Source: an uncultured euryarchaeote (GTDB lineage Archaea > Thermoplasmatota > Poseidoniia > Poseidoniales > Thalassarchaeaceae). From it: a stretch of 32,500 bases of DNA. The DNA lies in the NCBI GenBank assembly GCA_937876055.1, contig CALEIW010000150.1:1-32500 (forward strand). The letters are read 5' to 3'. Shown piece after piece: positions 18,645-26,850 of the stretch; position 1 is the first letter of the stretch; each line of letters begins with the position of its first letter. Made by a program: the position numbers and the translations under genes. Below the pieces are notes generated by a model. It saw only the letters and a program-made list of their open reading frames with translations. It was not told the DNA's origin and made no database searches.

Positions 18645-20423
18645 TTAGAGACCCCAGAAATGCGAATCTTTACGATGAATCGCAGTTAATTCCTCTAGCA
18701 CTTCTAATTCTGCACTTGTTAAGTCCATCTTTCTCAACTTCTTTGCGTGTGATTCTGGTATGTCCACCAAGAGCACATCATCCTCGTCTATTTGCCTTCC
18801 AACAGTGACTCCATCGATGGCAACGGCGACCTCTGAGCCTTGCTTTGCTTCCTTCATAGAATCTTGACCAGATCGTATGGATTTGATTTGCCCAACGCGT
18901 TCACCATTTTTCAATAAGCGTTGACCAACGTGAATTCTTCCAGCAAGCACTCTAACTCCGACTACTGCAGGTTTTGAGACACGGAATGTGTGATCTGGAA
19001 GTAATAGAATTCGACCTGGATATACGACTTTTTCGCGACTAGCTTCTTCAAGTTCGCGAGTACGTTGTTCGACCCATTCTTCTCGCTCTTCGAGAATGTG
19101 GTAAATGATGTCTGAACCGAGATATTTGACTCCATTTTCTGAGTTTTCAATCTCTTCTTCTGCATCCGGTAGAATTTCTGTAGCGAATGCTAGAATGATT
19201 CTATGAAGTGGATCGTTAGAGTTCTCTGCAGATCTAACATCACGGCGATTTACCTTACCGATGCTGGCGTGGCGAATTGGCACCTCTACTGCTCGCAACT
19301 CCTTGGCAAGAGCCTCTAGGCCACCAACTGTATCGGCCTTGATGGTAACGCCTTCTTCGTCCAATTCAACTGAAAGGTTGGCTTCTGCATCAGCTTGTGA
19401 AATGGCTTCTTGGCGTTCAGCATCATTTGATACAACCCTAAGGGTAGTTCCCGCGAGAACACCGTCTAAATCCGGAGCCGAGATTTTCAGACCTGAAGCT
19501 GCGTGTGCTGCTTCTGTGTCGTCCCATCGATTACCCGCGTCTCGCATTTCTGACATTCCACGCGGCGCAAACATTCCACGCACGTGTGTGGATACTCCAC
19601 CTTCGTCTGTAACGAGAACGATTTCGTCGCCTTTCTTGACCGATCCACGATAGAGGATAACATCGAGAGTCTTTCCGAGTCCTCTCTCTTCTTTCATTTC
19701 TAAAACGGTGCCTTCACCAGCACCTTCGATGTCGGTTAATTTGTCTTCCAAATATCGTTCCGCAAGACCGATTACGACGGCTAATAGATCTTGGATACCT
19801 TCCCCCTCACGAGCTGAAATAGGAACAAGGGCGATTTCTTGGGTGAAATCCTTGACTTTGGAGTACATTTCTATGTTGAATCCATGTTCCGCAAACTTAC
19901 CGACTAAATCCCAGTACCTCTGCTCAAACAAGGCTTGAGCATCTTTTGTTTGTTCTCTAACTGCCTGGGCCATTGAGCGTCCGTGAACCGAATCCCATCC
20001 ATGGATTCGGTCGACTTTGTTTGCAGCGATTACGAAAGGTGTCTTTGCTTGCTTTAGGATTCGTATAGATTCGATAGTTTGAGGTCGGACACCTTCCATC
20101 ACATCGACCATTAAGATAGCAATATCCGCTAGAGCGCCACCTCGCGAGCGAAGCGTGGAGAATGAATGATGTCCTGGTGTATCTATGAAAAGTAAGCCAG
20201 GGGAATCAAACGACTTGTCACCAAGAAGAGGTCCACACAATTCGTTTAGGAGGTTTGCTGGGACTTCTGTTGCACCGATGTGTTGAGTGATTCCACCAGC
20301 CTCTCTATCCATTACACTGGCTTGTCGGCCAGACCCCAACCCTCGAATGTGATCTAGAAGCGAGGTTTTACCGTGATCTACATGCCCTAAAACAGAGACA
20401 ATTGGTTGGCGGCGTCCGGACAT
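18645..20423 (-). CDS. infB: Translation initiation factor aIF5B (IF-2)
   Basis: RQPIVSVLGHVDHGKT, EAGGITQHIGAT, IDTPGH, NKVD, KADTVGGLEAL. SD GAGGTG before ATG 20423. Confidence 0.97.
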   Translation of the reverse strand: MSGRRQPIVSVLGHVDHGKTSLLDHIRGLGSGRQASVMDREAGGITQHIGATEVPANLLNELCGPLLGDKSFDSPGLLFIDTPGHHSFSTLRSRGGALADIAILMVDVMEGVRPQTIESIRILKQAKTPFVIAANKVDRIHGWDSVHGRSMAQAVREQTKDAQALFEQRYWDLVGKFAEHGFNIEMYSKVKDFTQEIALVPISAREGEGIQDLLAVVIGLAERYLEDKLTDIEGAGEGTVLEMKEERGLGKTLDVILYRGSVKKGDEIVLVTDEGGVSTHVRGMFAPRGMSEMRDAGNRWDDTEAAHAASGLKISAPDLDGVLAGTTLRVVSNDAERQEAISQADAEANLSVELDEEGVTIKADTVGGLEALAKELRAVEVPIRHASIGKVNRRDVRSAENSNDPLHRIILAFATEILPDAEEEIENSENGVKYLGSDIIYHILEEREEWVEQRTRELEEASREKVVYPGRILLLPDHTFRVSKPAVVGVRVLAGRIHVGQRLLKNGERVGQIKSIRSGQDSMKEAKQGSEVAVAIDGVTVGRQIDEDDVLLVDIPESHAKKLRKMDLTSAELEVLEELTAIHRKDSHFWGL

Positions 20424-20463
20424 ATCAAACACCTCATGCTCAATCCTCTTTCAAGTCGTAATT

Positions 20464-20916
20464 TCACTCGTAAATCTGGCTCTCTGCATCACGAGTCCAC
20501 TCGATGACACCTTCTGGGAACCATAGTCCCAATTCGAATGCAGCGGTGTCTTCACCGTCTGAGCCGTGGATTATGTTGTGACCAATATCCATTGCGAAAT
20601 CTCCGCGAATGGTTCCCGGAGCAGCCTCGCGCCCATTGGTTGGTCCGATGATGTTTCTAGCCACCGAAATGGCATCGACACCAGTCCAAGCCATAGCGAC
20701 TACTGGACCAGATGTGATGAATTCGATTAGACCGGAGTAAAATGGGCGCTCGGAGTGAACTGCATAATGACTCTCAGCAAGCTCCAGAGAAGGTGTTATT
20801 TGACGTAGAGCAACAAGGCGCAGTCCCTTGTTTTCGAAGCGTTGGATGATGTTTCCAACTAGGCCTCTTTGTACTCCATCTGGCTTTACCATTACGAACG
20901 TCGTCTGCATTCCCAT
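20464..20916 (-). CDS. ndk: Nucleoside diphosphate kinase
   Basis: [30 protein letters not shown] (catalytic His). Confidence 0.97.
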   Translation of the reverse strand: MGMQTTFVMVKPDGVQRGLVGNIIQRFENKGLRLVALRQITPSLELAESHYAVHSERPFYSGLIEFITSGPVVAMAWTGVDAISVARNIIGPTNGREAAPGTIRGDFAMDIGHNIIHGSDGEDTAAFELGLWFPEGVIEWTRDAESQIYE

Positions 20917-21016
20917 GGTGCGGGCGACCCTCCCCTCCTTTTTCAATCAAACTCGTTCGGAAAATTCAGACGATTGATAGACTAACTCAAGAAGGGTTTC
21001 CTTATCGCAAGCCTAG

Positions 21017-23041
21017 ATGGGAGAGGACTGCTGTGACCACGACCATGGCCCAGAGGGCCATGTGCATGTAGGTGCTAATGTCACGAAAGCCCCTGTATTG
21101 GAGGCAGAATTAGTCCTAGAAGACGATTCTCCCGAAATTCCTTCTAGCGAGATTCCCCCAGTTGGAGAGGTCATCGGGGAATTACTAGATTCAGCAGGAA
21201 TAGACAAGCGAGGCTTAGCACTCGCCGCGGGTGCATTAGCAGTTGTTGGTATTCTCTTAGCAGTAATACTTCAATCCGTAATTTTCGATGAAATTGTTGA
21301 CGAGGTTAAGCAAGAACTCGGAATATACGAGAGGGTTCCGGTATGGGAACGAAGTGAGTGGCCATACATTACAGACCAACCATATTCCTTCGTAATGGAG
21401 TTTGGTCCATACAGTTTGAAGGAAACCGAGAATGATTGGAACTCCAGCCATCACTTCGTTGAATTTGATTTACCTCTCTCAGAAGGAGGTGCTGCTCCGA
21501 ATGGCAAGGTCAGCCTCGGACTTTGGCTTCCGGATGTTCCGGAAGGAGTCAAAGTACCAGTAATCGCAGAGTTCGGTCCTTATTTCGATGAAGCTTCGGT
21601 TCAAACTGGTCCGGTTGAACAACCAGGAACATGGCTCGGTAGTATGATAATTGATCAGATATTACCCCATGGTTATGCATTTGCTCAAGTTTCTGTGATG
21701 GGTACAGGCCGTTCAAATCACTGTATGGATTTGATGGGTAATGCTGAGCAACTAGGAGTTGATGCAGCGGTCACTTGGCTTGGCACGCAGGATTGGTCGA
21801 ATGGACGCGTCGCCATGATTGGAAAGTCATACGATGGCTCAACCCCTTGGCAAGCGGCAACATTCGGTAATGAGCACCTTGCGACAATTGTTCCAATCTC
21901 AGGGCTCATTGGTGTCATGGAGTTAATGTGGAAGAATGGTTCCTCTGAAGCCCGAGCTCCAATAATGCACAATGGAGTATATGGCTCGTATGGAATTGAT
22001 GGAGATACAGAAGATATTGGCAATATGTGTCCCGATTACATCATCGGTCCGGGAACCGGCGTGGCTGCTTGGATGTGGGGTGGTGAAGCAGCGGGAACAT
22101 ATTGGAAGGAACGATATTTCCTAGACCGAGTTTTAGCTAATTACGAAGGTTCAGTCTACTTAATCCAAGGGATGCATGACTGGAATGTCGACCCACACAT
22201 GGCGGTTCCAGTAATCAATCAGCTCAAAGATGCGGGAATCGAAGCCAAAGGCCTGTTTGGACAATGGGATCATGATTATCCCGACCGACCCGATTACCAC
22301 TTCGATAGGTCGGGAGAAGGTCGAGGCCGTGAGGGGTACCCTCAAATGACTCGATTTGATTGGATGCAAGACCTTCTAGAATGGTTTGATTACTATCTCT
22401 TAGACAAGGGAGAGAAACCTGGTCTATGGGTTGAAATTCAAACTAACCAAGGACAGTGGCGTCTAGAGGATCGATATCCACCAGAAGGAATGACAACCCT
22501 TGCCCTTGACCTAGGTGGTGGTCTGATGAATGTTGCAGGCACTACTACGATTCTTCCAAACGGAGCCACAGGACCTGTCTATGAGACCGAACCTTTGGAA
22601 GAAGACATCTGGATTGCTGGACTTCCAAGACTCCATATCGATGTAACTACGGCAACTGTTGGAGGACAAATTTACGCATTACTAGAAGACTGTAATGAGA
22701 ATGGCTCATGTATCCATATTGGTCATGCAATCATGGACCTGCGCTACCACGAAGGTGGCACAGATGAGCAAACATGGTTGCCAATAATTGAGACAATCAA
22801 CGCCAAGATGGAATTTTTCACATTGGATGCTCAAATCTCCGCTGGTCACACGATAAAACTCAGTCTAGCCAGCACTGGAGAGGATTATCTTCCGGCCTCT
22901 ACTAGTTCTGTTGTAACCATTCAAGAGGGGGCCGGTTCAAATCTTCTGCTAGATTTAATCGACCCTAGTGAAAAGATTCTATTTGATCCGCCAAAGTGTA
23001 CACACACTGCTTGTACTGATTGGACCAATCAAACAATCTGA
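21017..23041 (+). CDS. Membrane-anchored CocE/NonD family hydrolase (peptidase S15, X-Pro dipeptidyl-peptidase-like)
   Basis: One N-terminal TM helix. Motifs GPY, GTGRS, WSNGRVAMIGKSYDG (nucleophile), DWNV (acid), GQWDH (His), plus a PepX_C-like C-terminal domain. Confidence 0.9.
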   Translation: MGEDCCDHDHGPEGHVHVGANVTKAPVLEAELVLEDDSPEIPSSEIPPVGEVIGELLDSAGIDKRGLALAAGALAVVGILLAVILQSVIFDEIVDEVKQELGIYERVPVWERSEWPYITDQPYSFVMEFGPYSLKETENDWNSSHHFVEFDLPLSEGGAAPNGKVSLGLWLPDVPEGVKVPVIAEFGPYFDEASVQTGPVEQPGTWLGSMIIDQILPHGYAFAQVSVMGTGRSNHCMDLMGNAEQLGVDAAVTWLGTQDWSNGRVAMIGKSYDGSTPWQAATFGNEHLATIVPISGLIGVMELMWKNGSSEARAPIMHNGVYGSYGIDGDTEDIGNMCPDYIIGPGTGVAAWMWGGEAAGTYWKERYFLDRVLANYEGSVYLIQGMHDWNVDPHMAVPVINQLKDAGIEAKGLFGQWDHDYPDRPDYHFDRSGEGRGREGYPQMTRFDWMQDLLEWFDYYLLDKGEKPGLWVEIQTNQGQWRLEDRYPPEGMTTLALDLGGGLMNVAGTTTILPNGATGPVYETEPLEEDIWIAGLPRLHIDVTTATVGGQIYALLEDCNENGSCIHIGHAIMDLRYHEGGTDEQTWLPIIETINAKMEFFTLDAQISAGHTIKLSLASTGEDYLPASTSSVVTIQEGAGSNLLLDLIDPSEKILFDPPKCTHTACTDWTNQTI

Positions 23042-23045
23042 ATAT

Positions 23046-23237
23046 TCAGTTAGTTTTCTTGACATTGACTGCGTTTGGACCTTTTGGCCCTTCACCAATT
23101 TCGTATTCAACGGTATCGCCGTCATTGATTTCTCCTTCCACCTGACTCTTGTGGACGAAGAGGTCCTCTCCATCTTCTTGCTCTATGAATCCGTAACCCT
23201 TTATTCTGTTGAACCACTTAACTGTACCTTCAGCCAT
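23046..23237 (-). CDS. cspA: Cold-shock protein (CSD)
   Basis: GTVKWFN, RNP1 KGYGFI, RNP2 LFVH, GPKGPNAVNV. Confidence 0.96.
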   Translation of the reverse strand: MAEGTVKWFNRIKGYGFIEQEDGEDLFVHKSQVEGEINDGDTVEYEIGEGPKGPNAVNVKKTN

Positions 23238-23303
23238 AATCCACTGCCGGAAAATCATACTACTTGATGTAGAGGGTTAGGAATTCTACCCCAAGGGCAG
23301 TAT

Positions 23304-23495
23304 TTACTTGATTCCGCCTTTTTCGTATCGACGAGTCCACTTTAATCGGCGTGGATTACGCTTGAGATTCAAGTGGTTCTTGCGTGCCTTACTATCCTTG
23401 AACCAAAAGACAGTACCATCGCGCTTGATGAACATCATTCCGGTGCCCGGTTCGATTTCTTCGTGAGTGAAATTACAGACTCTTCGCTCTGGCAT
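23304..23495 (-). CDS. rpl24e: 50S ribosomal protein eL24
   Basis: IEPGTGMMFIKRDG...KRNPRRLKWT. SD GAGGTGA before ATG 23495. Confidence 0.95.
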   Translation of the reverse strand: MPERRVCNFTHEEIEPGTGMMFIKRDGTVFWFKDSKARKNHLNLKRNPRRLKWTRRYEKGGIK

Positions 23496-23505
23496 TCCAA
23501 TCACC

Positions 23506-23727
23506 TCATCGAGCACTGAGGCGACGGGCCTCACGGCCTGTATCCTTCAGCATCAGAATATCGCCGATCCTTACTGGACCGACTACGTTACGAGTAATTA
23601 TGCGACCAACGTCGCGCGGGTTAGGTGCATCATTTACGCGCACCTTGACTTGTGTAGCCTCACCGGTCATACCGGTGCGGCCAACAATTTCAACGACCTC
23701 TGCGGGCCATGCTTCGACTTCTGCCAT
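23506..23727 (-). CDS. rps28e: 30S ribosomal protein eS28
   Basis: [22 protein letters not shown]...[13 protein letters not shown]...REARRL. Confidence 0.97.
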   Translation of the reverse strand: MAEVEAWPAEVVEIVGRTGMTGEATQVKVRVNDAPNPRDVGRIITRNVVGPVRIGDILMLKDTGREARRLSAR

Positions 23728-23760
23728 TTGACTTCCTCCGTTATTTCCGATTCAGTTACT

Positions 23761-24141
23761 TCAGGCAGACAGAGTCTCGAAGTGTCCTTTGACTTCATTG
23801 AAGCGCTCAGCGCCATCCTTGCTAACGTCCATGACTGCTATTGCAGCTGTACGGGTACCTGTTGGCATTCCAGCAGCCTCAGCCAAATAGGCTTGGTCTT
23901 CTACGTAGATGAATGGGATTTCCTTTTCTTTGCAAATCATTGGGATGTGTGCTAAAAGTTCACCAGGGTTGACGTTTTCTGCCATAACTACCATCTGCGC
24001 TGTTCCGCGCTCGGCAGCCTTGGTTACTTCGTTAGCACCTCTCTTTAGTGCGCCGCGTCCGTCCTTTCCTAGGGCCTTTACCATCTCGTAGACTTGCTCT
24101 TGCACGTCTTGTGGGGTCTCATATGCTATGTGTACACTCAT
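23761..24141 (-). CDS. rpl7ae: Ribosomal / k-turn-binding protein L7Ae (eL8)
   Basis: KRGANEVTKAAERG, VVMAENVNP, HIPMICKEKEIPFIYV. Occupies the conserved position before rps28e. Confidence 0.96.
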   Translation of the reverse strand: MSVHIAYETPQDVQEQVYEMVKALGKDGRGALKRGANEVTKAAERGTAQMVVMAENVNPGELLAHIPMICKEKEIPFIYVEDQAYLAEAAGMPTGTRTAAIAVMDVSKDGAERFNEVKGHFETLSA

Positions 24142-24159
24142 TGGATTCACTCCTCATGT
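24134..24159 (-). promoter_or_regulatory. Kink-turn over the SD and start codon of rpl7ae (putative L7Ae autoregulatory element)
   Basis: mRNA reads ACAU-GA-GGA-GUGAA-UCC-AAU-GA-GUGU: C-stem GGA/UCC, 3-nt bulge AAU, tandem G.A/A.G pairs, NC stem ACAU/GUGU. Confidence 0.75.
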
Positions 24160-24185
24160 GGGGTAGTCCGGCGCACGGCGTGGCT

Positions 24186-24193
24186 GATATAAA
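24186..24193 (-). promoter_or_regulatory. TATA box of the rpl7ae-rps28e-rpl24e operon
   Basis: TTTATATC on the minus strand; implies a TSS near 24163, just 5' of the k-turn. Confidence 0.65.
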
Positions 24194-24206
24194 CGCAGCG
24201 GATTAC

Positions 24207-24788
24207 CTACGGTAATTGTTCAACGCTCTCAATCATGGAACGCAAACGCACTGATGAGGGCTTCTTTGGCGGCTCACTGAATCCAAAACAAGCGTTGATT
24301 TCGAAATTTGAGGGATTTCCTAAATCTACTCCATTACATACTGCAGATGCATGTTTGATTTTCGAAAGAGAATAGATACAGTACCATTCCCTTAACCCAT
24401 TACAGGTCAATCCATGTGTACTAGTTCCGAAGAATGCCTTGGCAAACCATTGTTCCACTGTTGAGATAAACCATCTTGGTCTTGGAATGGGCAATCCAAA
24501 TTCCATCCCCCAGCGTAATTTGATATTCAATGGTGGTGCTTTAATTTCGACACTTTTTGATTGCCTAATTACTTCTATTGGGACGATATGAACTTCTTCA
24601 AAATTGTACAAAGCCGAGACGTAGTCTGCGTGTTTTTGGCTTGGAGAAAGTAATACTCGGGCGCCATCCGGTTTAGCCCACATTACATTAGTGAAGGAAC
24701 CTAGTGGTGATTTCTTCCAATCTCCAACTACAATTCTGTCGCCACTGGCGAAACCAGAAGAAGAAATTCTACCCTCAAAGACATCCAT
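24207..24788 (-). CDS. Conserved hypothetical protein
   Basis: 193-aa ORF starting 2 nt after the prs stop. N-terminus (F.G.I...GFASGDRIVVG.W..SP.G.F..VM...PDG.RVLL.P) recalls an uncharacterised family I associate with Actinobacteria (from memory, unverified). Confidence 0.75.
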   Translation of the reverse strand: MDVFEGRISSSGFASGDRIVVGDWKKSPLGSFTNVMWAKPDGARVLLSPSQKHADYVSALYNFEEVHIVPIEVIRQSKSVEIKAPPLNIKLRWGMEFGLPIPRPRWFISTVEQWFAKAFFGTSTHGLTCNGLREWYCIYSLSKIKHASAVCNGVDLGNPSNFEINACFGFSEPPKKPSSVRLRSMIESVEQLP

Positions 24789-24790
24789 GA

Positions 24791-25720
24791 TTATCCCATG
24801 AGGTTCTTCAGACCACGAGCGAGAGCGGGAGCTGAACTTACTACAGCCCTTGGGTTTGGAAGAGAATCTGTGCTGTGAACTCCATCAACATGATTGGAGA
24901 GACGAGAAATCGCACCTGCAGTGAACAAACCATGGGTACAGGCGGCATGAACTTCTGTAGCGCCTTGTCTGTGAAGGGCATCACTTGCTCTACAAATTGT
25001 ACCACCAGTACTAATCATATCATCGACAATCGCAACAATCTTTCCGTTTACATCGAGATCTTTGGGTGTGTGTTCAATTGTATGGGCATCGATTCTAGTC
25101 TTCTCGAGATAACTGAAATCCCATCCACCAATTGTCGCTACTTCGGTTGCCCGATCAATAGCTCCCTTGTCAGGGCTTAAGATGAAATCAGGATCGACTT
25201 CTTTAGATAATCTAGCCGCAATCTCTGGCATCGCGCTAACAAACTCAACAGGGACGGATAAATCCTCGAGGATTGCGGGTGCATGAAGGTCGAGAATAGC
25301 GATTCCATCACAACAGCGTGCTAGCATCTCTCCAATAACTCGCGCACTTACAGCCTCACCAGGCGAGAATCTCTTGTCTTGACGAGAGTATCCAAAGTAT
25401 GGTATCGCCAAAAAGATGCCAGGGCCGACATCAGGGAGACTTTGTGGCTCCTCATTCTTGTAATTTGAAAGGTCTCCTGCTCTTACAGAAGCAATAGCCT
25501 CCAATAGTAGGATAGTTTCGAGCACACCTGAGTCTGGATAGGTGTTTGATACTAATACAACAGGCTCGCTACGGACCGATTCTATGGATTTGGATGGTAC
25601 TCTAACATAGCCCTCTCCATCGGGAAATCTTCGAGTGATTAATTCGACATGTTGCATTCCCAATAACGGGGCCAAAGCCTCTGCAATCGCTCGGCCTGAG
25701 GAACCACTCACAACCGGCAT
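24791..25720 (-). CDS. prs: Ribose-phosphate pyrophosphokinase
   Basis: RFPDGEGYVR, PYFGYSRQDKRF, DLH, SPDKGA, PRPP motif VDDMISTGGT, CTHGLF. Confidence 0.96.
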   Translation of the reverse strand: MPVVSGSSGRAIAEALAPLLGMQHVELITRRFPDGEGYVRVPSKSIESVRSEPVVLVSNTYPDSGVLETILLLEAIASVRAGDLSNYKNEEPQSLPDVGPGIFLAIPYFGYSRQDKRFSPGEAVSARVIGEMLARCCDGIAILDLHAPAILEDLSVPVEFVSAMPEIAARLSKEVDPDFILSPDKGAIDRATEVATIGGWDFSYLEKTRIDAHTIEHTPKDLDVNGKIVAIVDDMISTGGTICRASDALHRQGATEVHAACTHGLFTAGAISRLSNHVDGVHSTDSLPNPRAVVSSAPALARGLKNLMG

Positions 25721-25833
25721 GAGTGAACTGCGCGAGTAGCGAGTCCTTCATGACTTCTCCGATTGGCATTCAACAAGGAATAAAGCCAGATGGGCATATT
25801 CAAAATGGGTACGCTTCTCGCGAGTTTGCTCAA

Positions 25834-25911
25834 GGGCGTGTAGCTTAGCTTGGCTGGAGCACCCGGCTGATAACCGGGAGGCCGCAGGTTCAAATCCTGC
25901 CATGCCCACCA
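25834..25911 (+). tRNA. tRNA-Ile (GAT), CCA encoded
   Basis: Acceptor stem GGGCGTG/CATGCCC + A CCA. Anticodon arm CCCGG-CTGATAA-CCGGG, T arm GCAGG-TTCAAAT-CCTGC. Confidence 0.97.
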
Positions 25912-25948
25912 TTCCAACTTCCACAGTGGAAGTAAGATTCAGTGATAT

Positions 25949-26527
25949 TTACTCAGAATCGCCGTTTAACTGTAAATAACTGGGTAAAGTAACCAATCTT
26001 TTGAGAGTACAGCGCAGAATCAATTCGTCCAAGAAGGCGGTAGTTCTGGCCAATTGCTTGACGGGAATAATCAGTTGTTCAGGCAGGTTATACTTGCGTC
26101 GCAAGATAGCGTGGGTATTGATAACAACACCACGGTATGTTCGTTTAACTTTGACAAATCCTGCAACATTCCCGAGGTCGATACCATCATTGTCCATGAC
26201 AGCACGGTCGACCAATTCATCAGGCGCCCAAAGTTGTTCGTCGATACGAATAGTATTACGCCACCTGCGTTGCAATTCTCTCATTGACTTCGAGAGTTTT
26301 ACTCCTCCATCTGGCCTTATGCTGTGCACCAACTCTTTCGATAATGGTGCATGTTCAGCTGGCTTTCGCATATATTCGCCCGCGACATCATCTACGACTT
26401 CAAGCCGCATTGATTTAACAAATTCATCTCGCGGATGAGATCTCTCTCCGGTAATCACGCCAACAAGTGTATCTCCGACGTAAACCTCTCTCTGAAGCAA
26501 TTCCTGGATTCGGTATTCTTCGCTCAT
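25949..26527 (-). CDS. Hypothetical protein with two PRC-barrel-like repeats
   Basis: YRIQELLQREVYVGDTLVGVITG and WAPDELVDRAVMDNDGIDLGNVAG...LIIPVKQL...DELIL fit the PRC pattern (..seL.g..V.d..G..lG.V....iP...i....d.i.l). Confidence 0.65.
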   Translation of the reverse strand: MSEEYRIQELLQREVYVGDTLVGVITGERSHPRDEFVKSMRLEVVDDVAGEYMRKPAEHAPLSKELVHSIRPDGGVKLSKSMRELQRRWRNTIRIDEQLWAPDELVDRAVMDNDGIDLGNVAGFVKVKRTYRGVVINTHAILRRKYNLPEQLIIPVKQLARTTAFLDELILRCTLKRLVTLPSYLQLNGDSE

Positions 26528-26850
26528 TTTTTTCCCTCAATTTTGCGTTGGGCTAGTGCATCCCCCGTGCTTGTCCCTAGGTTGCCTTCTGCGGATTAGC
26601 ACTTATACTATCTGTTAACTAAGACTGATAATCCAATTAAAAATTTCACTCTAAAATTAAAATTTCAATTGAAAAATTAAAGTCAGTTTGATTTTTTGTA
26701 TGATTATCAGAACTTCAAAATTGAACAATTCTTGAATCAAAGATCAGCAGAAATCGTACCGATTCCAATATCATCCAGAATCTTTAGATTCTGAATTTTA
26801 ATGAAGAATTCATTGAGAATATTGATGAGGCGGCCCTCGTTGGGATATTG

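Noticed and set aside
26631-26690. 20-bp periodic repeats as a possible degenerate CRISPR array
   Set aside because: Period far too short, only three degenerate units, no unique spacers and no cas genes.
26530-26850. Replication origin call
   Set aside because: AT-rich, but no ORB repeats with G-strings and no cdc6/orc1 nearby. Kept only as an alternative hypothesis.
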